A DNA stretch of 12,926 nt from NCBI GenBank assembly GCA_038108555.1, contig JAYNIA010000007.1, positions 2,877 to 15,802 on the forward strand, read 5' to 3'. Position numbers and translations under genes: made by a program. Positions 1 through 6,665 of the stretch are shown piece after piece. How positions within the stretch are numbered: the stretch's first letter is position 1; every line of letters begins with the position of its first letter. The notes beneath the pieces were generated by a model. It saw nothing but the letters and a program-made list of their open reading frames with translations. It did no database searches and had not been told where the DNA came from. The stretch comes from Nitrospinota bacterium (GTDB lineage Bacteria > Nitrospinota > Nitrospinia > Nitrospinales > VA-1).

Positions 1-1205
1 TCGATATCGATCACTTCATATTGTTTTCGGAATGTTTCTGTCAGTTCACTTACGATTTCAAACTTCTTGTCATCGGGACAGTCGATTCGAATTTCAGGTG
101 TATAAGCGGTTTCAGGAAGGTCGGTGAGCATTTCAGACACCTTTTGGTTCGACTCTGCCACAATCTGCAAAACCCGACAGGCGGCAAAGATGGCATCATC
201 AAAGCCGTAATAATTATCTGCAAAACAAATATGACCGCTCATTTCACCTGCCAATAGTGCGTTGGTCTCTTTCATTTTCTTTTTGATCAATGAGTGTCCT
301 GCTGCTGCCATTACGGGTACCCCTCCATGCTTTTCAATATCCATATAGAGGTTTTGCGAACATTTGACTTCCCCAACAATCGTGGCACCGGGATTTCTGG
401 AAAGAATGTCGCGGGCAAACAGGGTGAGAAGCTGGTCGCCCCAAAGAATATTTCCCTTATCATCCACGACGCCGATTCGGTCTGCATCTCCATCGAACCC
501 TAGGCCAAGCTCCGCGTTTTCCGAACGCACTTTTTCGATCAGATGGGTCAGGTTTTTTTCAACTGTGGGATCGGGGTGGTGATTGGGAAAGGTTCCATCC
601 GGTTCACTGAAAAGCTCAATGGGGTCTTGTCCCAACTTTTTTAATAAATCCGGGCCTACAATTCCAAAACAACCGTTACCTCCATCCACTACCATTTTAA
701 TTTTCCGGGTTATTTTTAAAATGGAACATATCTTTTCCATATAATGTTCCAACACAGGTTCTTCGCGTGTGGTTCCCGAACCCGTTTCAAAATCATTTTC
801 CAAAATCAAATTTTTCAACTCCTGAACCTTTTGTCCGTACAAACTATGAGTCCCCTGGCTGATTTTGAATCCATTAAACTCAGGCGGATTATGACTTCCC
901 GTTATCATGATTCCCCCGTCCGCCTTGAAATGGTGGAGGGAAAAATACGTGACAGGTGTGGGCACCATACCAATATCGATGACATCGAAACCGGTGGAAT
1001 TGAGCGCCTTGGAAAGGATGTCGCGAAACTCCACGGAACTGGATCGCACATCCCGACCCAGGATCATGGTTTTTCCACCGCCTCGTTTAATATAGGTACC
1101 AATAGCCTTCCCAATACTGGTTACAGTTTCCGGAGTGAGGTCTTTGCCAACAATGCCGCGGATGTCGTATTCCCTGAAAATTTGTGGATTGATAGAAGAT
1201 GTCAT
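1..1205 (-). CDS. Phosphomannomutase/phosphoglucomutase (alpha-D-phosphohexomutase, AlgC/ManB-like), 3'-truncated by the window edge
   Basis: Not in the ORF track because there is no stop in the window. Manual translation from the ATG at 1205 gives MTSSINPQIFREYDIRGIVGKDL..., with phosphoserine loop ITGSHNPPEFNGFK, PDGTFPNHHPDP, metal-binding FDGDADR and sugar-binding GEMSGH. All translated segments are in the same frame down to position 3. Confidence 0.96.
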   Translation of the reverse strand, partial: MTSSINPQIFREYDIRGIVGKDLTPETVTSIGKAIGTYIKRGGGKTMILGRDVRSSSVEFRDILSKALNSTGFDVIDIGMVPTPVTYFSLHHFKADGGIMITGSHNPPEFNGFKISQGTHSLYGQKVQELKNLILENDFETGSGTTREEPVLEHYMEKICSILKITRKIKMVVDGGNGCFGIVGPDLLKKLGQDPIELFSEPDGTFPNHHPDPTVEKNLTHLIEKVRSENAELGLGFDGDADRIGVVDDKGNILWGDQLLTLFARDILSRNPGATIVGEVKCSQNLYMDIEKHGGVPVMAAAGHSLIKKKMKETNALLAGEMSGHICFADNYYGFDDAIFAACRVLQIVAESNQKVSEMLTDLPETAYTPEIRIDCPDDKKFEIVSELTETFRKQYEVIDI

Positions 1206-1241
1206 AGTGTCAATTCGAAAAGGTTAAAGAGTAAGGATAGA

Positions 1242-1270
1242 AGTATAAAATCCGGATTTAACTGACGGAA
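1242..1270 (-). promoter_or_regulatory. Possible internal sigma70-like promoter for PMM/PGM with a 12-bp palindrome in the spacer
   Basis: Minus strand reads TTCCGT(1270-1265)-17 bp-TATACT(1247-1242). The perfect palindrome AAATCCGGATTT lies at 1248-1259. The -35 match is weak. Confidence 0.35.
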
Positions 1271-1291
1271 TAAATTAAGGGAGCCCTTTTA

Positions 1292-2623
1292 TCAAGATGC
1301 ATCATCGATGTTTTGATCTTCAGTGTCTTCCGTTACTTCCGATTCATCGGGTTTTTTAATCAGCGTACTGGTAACTTTAAAAGTTTCCCCGTCTCGAAAC
1401 ACCGTTAGCTGAATTTCCTGACCCGGTAACAATGCCAGTAATTTGCGGCGGAACACAACAAAATTGTCAATGGGCTCATGATTGAATTCGACCAGAATAT
1501 CCTTTGCCTTCAAGCCGGAACTTTCGGCCGGACTTCCTTTTGTAACTTCCTTGACTAATAATCCACCCGAGCCAAAATAACTCAGATCTGCAGCCTCATC
1601 AATGGAAACCGGAACCGCACTGGCACCCAGCCAACCCCGCTCTGTTTCACCGACAATCAACATTCCCATGACTTCTTTCACGGTGTTAATGGGAATTGCA
1701 AAACCTATCAATTGAGCCTGCTGTATTATTGCGGTATTGATTCCCACCACTTCTCCATGAATGTTTATCAAAGGCCCCCCACTGCTTCCCGGATTGATCG
1801 CCGAATCCGTCTGCAAAAAATTTACGAATTGGTCTTTGGCACTTGGAGAAACTCTTTCTTTTGCACTGATTAAACCTGAAGTCACCGAATGTTGAAATCC
1901 CAAAGGATTCCCCATTGCCAGAACAACTTCCCCCATCCGCAGAGCATCCGAATCGCCAAACGGCAGGACCGTTGGAGAAAAATCCGGATCGATTTTTATC
2001 AACGCGGTATCAGACAAGCGGTCTAGACCAATGATGCGTGCAGGATATTCTTTTTGTTCCTCGGAAAGTACAACTCGAATATCAAGAGCATTGGAAATTA
2101 CATGGGCATTTGTGAGAATGTATCCCTGCTCATTGACCAGGAATCCGGAACCCAGGCTGAGCCCTTTTGAATTGAAGGGAACGGGAACCTGAAAAGGAAC
2201 AAAATCTAAAATGCTGGACACAATGGGAATATTGAAGGGCAGTAAGTTTTTCGGATCGAACCCAATATTCGCGTCTTTCTCTTCCAACCTTACCGTATAA
2301 ATATTGACCACAGCAGATTTTACTGATTCTGTAATTCTAGCGTAGGTCTGATTGTCTATTATAACCGGTTCCCTCTCTGCACTCTTTTCAACATCATCCA
2401 GTTTCGTCCAGAAATTTTTCAGGTCGATATCTTCTATGGAAATATCTTTAAACCGCTTGTCGAAAATGGGTGCTTCTTTATCGACCAGTACCTTTGTCGA
2501 TTGTTTAGCTGACTGGGAAACAGAGCAGGCCTGGATTATAAAACACAGTCCTAAAAGAAAAAAAAGATACGATTTAAAAATAAAATGCGGCAAGTTTTTA
2601 TAGAGGGTTAGAAAAGTAGGCAT
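1292..2623 (-). CDS. HtrA/DegP-family trypsin-like serine protease with one PDZ domain, probable lipoprotein
   Basis: Motifs LGSGF, TNAHV (His), SDTALIK (Asp), QTDSAINPGSSGGPL (Ser), GEVVGIN and IGFAIP. The PDZ domain begins at RGWLG and contains GSPAESSGLKAKDIL. A hydrophobic N-terminus ends in IQAC (lipobox-like). The start overlaps the SDR stop (TAATG at 2625-2621). Confidence 0.93.
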   Translation of the reverse strand: MPTFLTLYKNLPHFIFKSYLFFLLGLCFIIQACSVSQSAKQSTKVLVDKEAPIFDKRFKDISIEDIDLKNFWTKLDDVEKSAEREPVIIDNQTYARITESVKSAVVNIYTVRLEEKDANIGFDPKNLLPFNIPIVSSILDFVPFQVPVPFNSKGLSLGSGFLVNEQGYILTNAHVISNALDIRVVLSEEQKEYPARIIGLDRLSDTALIKIDPDFSPTVLPFGDSDALRMGEVVLAMGNPLGFQHSVTSGLISAKERVSPSAKDQFVNFLQTDSAINPGSSGGPLINIHGEVVGINTAIIQQAQLIGFAIPINTVKEVMGMLIVGETERGWLGASAVPVSIDEAADLSYFGSGGLLVKEVTKGSPAESSGLKAKDILVEFNHEPIDNFVVFRRKLLALLPGQEIQLTVFRDGETFKVTSTLIKKPDESEVTEDTEDQNIDDAS

Positions 2624-3411
2624 TAAAAAGGATTCCTTGTTAAGCCACCATCAACTGAAAAATTCGTGGCAGTAATCCATGAAGATTGTTCAGAGGCAAG
2701 AAAAAGGGTAATCCCGGTGACATCTTCAGGAATCCCCATCCGTTTTAAGGGAATATTTTTACCCGTCTGTTCCATTATATTATTTTTTGCCTGGTCAAAA
2801 GACTGATCCCCTTCCTGGGCATTGGCTTCCAGTTCCCAAGAGCGACTCCATACCGGCCCGGGGGAAACGGAGTTCACACAAATTCCGTCTTCGGCAAGAG
2901 TTTGTGCCAGCGAAACAGTCAGGTTTGAAAGTCCTGCCTTCATCGCACTGTAATGGGGAAAAATCTCCTGTGGATGAGAAGCGGCAATCGATGAAATATT
3001 TATTATCCTCGGACAAGAGGATTTACGCAATGAAGGGATACTCAACCGGCACAAGCGAACGGCCGGCATTAAATTCAGTTGAAAGGAATTTTCCCAGTCC
3101 TCATCTGAAACATCCAGAAAGTTTGCCAGTTTTAAAACCGCACCGACATTATTTACGAGAACATCGACTCCGCCGAAGGTTTCCTGAACTTTGTCAAAAA
3201 AAGCACCAACCCCTTCGGCTTTGGATAGGTCGGCTGGAAAAAAAACATGGCCCGATCCTTCAATCTCACTTGCAAGAGACTCCAAACGTTCGGCACCCCG
3301 GGAGCAACCTGCTACTTGTGCGCCCTCTTTTGCAAATGCCAGGGCCAGTGCCCGGCCAATACCATCTGCCGCACCGGTCACGATAACTTTTCGGTTTTTC
3401 AAAGAGGACAA
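2623..3411 (-). CDS. Classical short-chain dehydrogenase/reductase (SDR, FabG-like superfamily), substrate unknown
   Basis: Rossmann motif TGAADGIG, VLVNNVG, INISS, catalytic YSAMK (YxxxK), VNSVSPG and C-terminal SVDGG. TTG start with AAGGG about 10 nt upstream. Confidence 0.92.
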   Translation of the reverse strand: MSSLKNRKVIVTGAADGIGRALALAFAKEGAQVAGCSRGAERLESLASEIEGSGHVFFPADLSKAEGVGAFFDKVQETFGGVDVLVNNVGAVLKLANFLDVSDEDWENSFQLNLMPAVRLCRLSIPSLRKSSCPRIINISSIAASHPQEIFPHYSAMKAGLSNLTVSLAQTLAEDGICVNSVSPGPVWSRSWELEANAQEGDQSFDQAKNNIMEQTGKNIPLKRMGIPEDVTGITLFLASEQSSWITATNFSVDGGLTRNPF

Positions 3412-3440
3412 TTTGAGTGAGCCCTTAAGACTTTAGACCT

Positions 3441-4595
3441 TTAATAAAGAGGAACTGAAGAGTCTATCTTTTCTGACCATTCGTTAATTCCGCCCCGCAT
3501 GCTCTTCAGGTTTTTATAGCCCATTTCCTGGAGTATCTTGGCTGCTTTCAGCGAACGAACCCCACCCTTACAATGAATAATAATTTCTTCATCAGGCTTA
3601 AGTCCATTGAGCTTGGATGGGTCTCTGGCCTCTATGTCTCCCAGTGGAATCAGAATCGCTCCGCCAATTTTACAAATGTCATACTCGGAGGGTTCGCGCA
3701 CATCCACCAGTCTGAAGGCCTGCTTGTTGTCCATCATCTGCTTGACCTGCTCGACTCCGATTTCCATTTCATCGTCTTCCTTCGATTCCTCGACAGGAAG
3801 GATTCCACAGAACTCTTCATAGTCGATCAATTCCTTAATGGTTGGGTTATCTCCACAAATAGGACAATTTTTATCCTTTTTGAGTTTCATTTCCCGGAAC
3901 TTCATGCCAAGAGCATCGAACAAAAGCAAACGGCCCACCAGAGTTTCACCCTGTCCCAAAATAATTTTCACCGCTTCATTGGCCTGAATGAGACCCACGA
4001 TGCCAGGAAGAATTCCCAGCACTCCCCCTTCGGCACAACTGGGCACCAGACCGGGTGGAGGCGGTTCGGGATACAAACACCGGTAGCAAGGGCCCTGGTT
4101 CGAATCAAATACCGAGGCCTGTCCCTCAAATCTTAAAATACATCCATAGATGTAAGGTTTGTTCAACAACACACAGGCGTCACTTGCCAGATAGCGAGTC
4201 GGGAAGTTATCCGTGCCATCGATGATGATGTCGTAGTCCTTGAAAATATCCATCACATTTTCGGACGACAATCTCACATTATATGTTTTCACATCAATGC
4301 TTGAGTTCAGGTCCGCAATTCGGTCTTTTGCAGAATCCACCTTGAGTTTTCCAACCGTTGACTCACCGTGGGCCACCTGCCTTTGCAGGTTACTGAAGTC
4401 CACCACATCGAAATCGATCAAACCCAAAGTTCCGACACCGGCAGCGGCCAGGTAGAGTGCCAGGGGAGAACCCAGACCTCCCGTTCCGATCAACAGAACC
4501 TTTGCATTACAAATTTTTTCCTGTCCTTCAACCCCTACTTCCGGCAATAACAAATGACGGCTGTAGCGGTTGATTTGATCTGTAGTCAAAGCCAT
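3441..4595 (-). CDS. moeB: ThiF/MoeB-family sulfur-carrier adenylyltransferase with C-terminal rhodanese domain (MoeZ/MoeBR type)
   Basis: Motifs RYSRHLLL, GTGGLGS, DFDVVDFSNLQRQ, DGTDNFPTRY, zinc motifs CYRC and CPIC, SCAEGGVLG. The rhodanese domain has LVDVREPSEY, active loop HCKGGVRS and GGINEW. SD-like CAGGA upstream. Confidence 0.94.
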   Translation of the reverse strand: MALTTDQINRYSRHLLLPEVGVEGQEKICNAKVLLIGTGGLGSPLALYLAAAGVGTLGLIDFDVVDFSNLQRQVAHGESTVGKLKVDSAKDRIADLNSSIDVKTYNVRLSSENVMDIFKDYDIIIDGTDNFPTRYLASDACVLLNKPYIYGCILRFEGQASVFDSNQGPCYRCLYPEPPPPGLVPSCAEGGVLGILPGIVGLIQANEAVKIILGQGETLVGRLLLFDALGMKFREMKLKKDKNCPICGDNPTIKELIDYEEFCGILPVEESKEDDEMEIGVEQVKQMMDNKQAFRLVDVREPSEYDICKIGGAILIPLGDIEARDPSKLNGLKPDEEIIIHCKGGVRSLKAAKILQEMGYKNLKSMRGGINEWSEKIDSSVPLY

Positions 4596-4691
4596 AACTG
4601 ATTTCCTGTCAAAAACGATTATATTTTCATCTATAGTAGATAAGATTCCATTTTATCAAAAAAGATTCATCAGCACCATAGACAGGAATAA

Positions 4692-5873
4692 CTACTGAAA
4701 AGCCTTGAATGCGGCCTCAAGTCCGGGGATGGCTCCTTCGATGACGGAGTCGGGAAGGCAATAAGAAATCCGGAAATAACCGGGGGAACCGAATCCACGG
4801 CCCGGCACGACCAGCACCTTGTGTTCCGCAAGTTTTTTCACGAACTCCACCTCATCTTTTATGGGAGCCTTGGGAAAGAAATAAAATGCCCCCTGGGGTT
4901 TGACCACGTCATACCCAATACGGCTTAATTCACCATATAAAAAATCTCGTTTTTTCCGATATTGTTCCACATCGACCGTAACTCCCTGAACGTTTTTTAC
5001 CACACGTTGAATCAGAGCCGGCGCATTCACAAACCCCAATACCCGGTTTGAAAAAATCAATCCTGCCATTATGTTGTCGGCATCCTCACATTCGGGATGA
5101 ACCGCGACATAACCTATTCTTTCTCCGGGAAGGGCGATGTCTTTCGAATGTGAAGTGATGTAAATACTGTTTTCATAAAACTCAAGAACACTTGCAGCCT
5201 CAACACCATCAAATGTAATTTTTTGATAAGGATCATCAGAAATTAAATAGACAGGTTTGCCAGTTTTATTTGAATGCTCTTTCAAAGTTTCGGCCAATTG
5301 CTTCAATTGTTCCCTCGAATAAACCACTCCTGTGGGATTGTTGGGAGAATTGATGATCACCGCCTTGGTTTTATCGTTAAGGGCTTTCTTCAAGGCATCA
5401 AAATTGAGGGTGAAATCCGTATTCGTATTTACCGAAACCGCCTTCCCACCGTGATTATCTGCATAAAAAATATACTCAACGAAAAAAGGAGCAAACGTAA
5501 TTACTTCATCCCCGGCATCGAGCAGAGTTTTCAAGGTGATGTTCAACCCTCCAGCCGCACCACAAACCATCACAAGGTCATTTGCGGAAACTGTTACCTG
5601 GGTTTCTGTCGAAAGGGTTTTGGCAATGGCTTCGCGAACATCCTGAAATCCTGCATTGGGCATGTAGCGATGAAGCCCCTTAGTCTGGTCACTGGCAGCC
5701 TGCACCAGGGCCTTTTGAACTTCTTCAGGGGGTTCAATGACTGGGTTTCCCAGAGAAAGATCAAAGACGTTATCTTCTCCAAATTCTTTTTTGAGCCGAA
5801 TTCCCTCTTCAAACATCTTCCTGATCCAGGAAGATTTTTCCATAAACCCGCTCACTTTTTCTGAAATGGCCAT
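4692..5873 (-). CDS. Class I/II PLP-dependent aminotransferase (aspartate aminotransferase-like)
   Basis: Motifs FDLSLGNP, NSPNNPTG, ISDDPY, PLP-lysine motif SHSKDIALPGERIG, PQGAFY, VPGRGFG and YFRISY. AGGGA SD upstream. Confidence 0.93.
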   Translation of the reverse strand: MAISEKVSGFMEKSSWIRKMFEEGIRLKKEFGEDNVFDLSLGNPVIEPPEEVQKALVQAASDQTKGLHRYMPNAGFQDVREAIAKTLSTETQVTVSANDLVMVCGAAGGLNITLKTLLDAGDEVITFAPFFVEYIFYADNHGGKAVSVNTNTDFTLNFDALKKALNDKTKAVIINSPNNPTGVVYSREQLKQLAETLKEHSNKTGKPVYLISDDPYQKITFDGVEAASVLEFYENSIYITSHSKDIALPGERIGYVAVHPECEDADNIMAGLIFSNRVLGFVNAPALIQRVVKNVQGVTVDVEQYRKKRDFLYGELSRIGYDVVKPQGAFYFFPKAPIKDEVEFVKKLAEHKVLVVPGRGFGSPGYFRISYCLPDSVIEGAIPGLEAAFKAFQ

Positions 5874-5929
5874 TGCAATTTCCCTGATTTTTTTAATCCA
5901 TCAAAAAATTTTTAAAATAAACTTCCCAT

Positions 5930-5952
5930 CCTTATCACAATCTGCGGTAAGG
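5930..5952. promoter_or_regulatory. Imperfect inverted repeat in the divergent intergenic region, candidate operator
   Basis: CCTTATCACA-ATC-TGCGGTAAGG: 10-bp arms with 8 of 10 positions complementary, near the middle of the 118-bp spacer between the aminotransferase and the ABC ATPase. Confidence 0.35.
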
Positions 5953-5991
5953 TTCAACGACAGCACACTTATTATTTAAGATACTTTCACA

Positions 5992-6663
5992 ATGTCAATC
6001 ATCCAATTCATTGATGTTTACAAATCCTATCAAAGCGGAGCTAATACCGTTGCCGCTTTGCAGCGGGTAAACCTAAACTTCGAGGCCGGAGACTTTGTAA
6101 CCATCATGGGTCCCAGTGGCGGAGGCAAAACCACCTTGCTCAATTTACTGGCAGGATTGGATTTGCCAGATCGAGGTGAAATATTTTTACAGGGGCGAAA
6201 AGTTTCTGATCTCTCAGACCACGACCTGACCCTGTTGAGGAGAAAAGAAATTGGTTTTGTTTTCCAGTTTTTTAATTTGATGCCAACCCTGACCCTTCAG
6301 GAAAATGTGGAGCTGCCCCTCCTCCTTGCTCATTCCTCTAAAACCCAGGGCAGCCACGTACAAACACTTTTAGAATATGTTGGACTCTGGGATCGTGCAG
6401 AATCGTTTCCCGCAGAACTTTCCGGAGGCGAAATGCAGCGCGTTGCCATTGCCCGGGCACTGGTGCATCAACCGGTGATTTTACTGGCAGATGAGCCCAC
6501 AGGAAATCTGGACTCGGAAAACGGGCAGAAAATAATTGAGCTGATGAAACGTGCCGCAGCCGATTTCAATACCACTGTCGTTCTTGTTACCCATAACCCG
6601 CAAATTGCGGAATGTGGCAATCGGCATCTGGAAATCCGCGATGGCAAACTGACGCAAATCTGA
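5992..6663 (+). CDS. ABC transporter ATP-binding protein, LolD/MacB(N)/YbbA-like (type VII ABC)
   Basis: Walker A GPSGGGKTT, Q-loop IGFVFQFFNL, signature LSGGEMQRVAIARAL, Walker B/D-loop ILLADEPTGNLD and H-loop VTHN. Confidence 0.95.
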   Translation: MSIIQFIDVYKSYQSGANTVAALQRVNLNFEAGDFVTIMGPSGGGKTTLLNLLAGLDLPDRGEIFLQGRKVSDLSDHDLTLLRRKEIGFVFQFFNLMPTLTLQENVELPLLLAHSSKTQGSHVQTLLEYVGLWDRAESFPAELSGGEMQRVAIARALVHQPVILLADEPTGNLDSENGQKIIELMKRAAADFNTTVVLVTHNPQIAECGNRHLEIRDGKLTQI

Positions 6664-6665
6664 CC

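Noticed and set aside
21..1265. Track ORFs 21..257, 294..503, 311..493, 364..582, 744..1265 and 907..1095
   Set aside because: They are antisense or off-frame shadows of the PMM/PGM gene, which has full catalytic motifs. None shows a recognisable domain.
1277..1290. AAGGGAGCCCTT mini-hairpin after htrA, and GAGCCCTT recurring near 3420
   Set aside because: The stem is only 4-5 bp, too weak for a terminator, and a repeated 8-mer is expected by chance in 13 kb.
3441..4595. MoeB/ThiF as the E1 enzyme of a ubiquitin-like defence system (CBASS Cap2, Bil) or a RiPP cluster
   Set aside because: It has canonical MoeZ architecture with rhodanese. There is no E2, JAB, ubiquitin-like protein, cyclase or precursor peptide in the window.
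5933..5949. TATCACAATCTGCGGTA resembles a 17-bp lambda CI/Cro operator in its outer arms
   Set aside because: The inner bases differ and there are no phage genes in the window. I kept it only as a generic dyad.
2352..5979. ORFs up to 199 aa overlapping htrA, SDR, moeB and the aminotransferase (e.g. 2787..3386, 3573..4136, 5274..5864)
   Set aside because: They are shadow ORFs of well-supported genes, with no motifs and an atypical amino-acid composition.
6612..6665. Longer N-terminus of the permease (track start 6612)
   Set aside because: It would overlap the ATPase by 52 nt. The in-frame GTG at 6666 just after the ATPase stop is more parsimonious.
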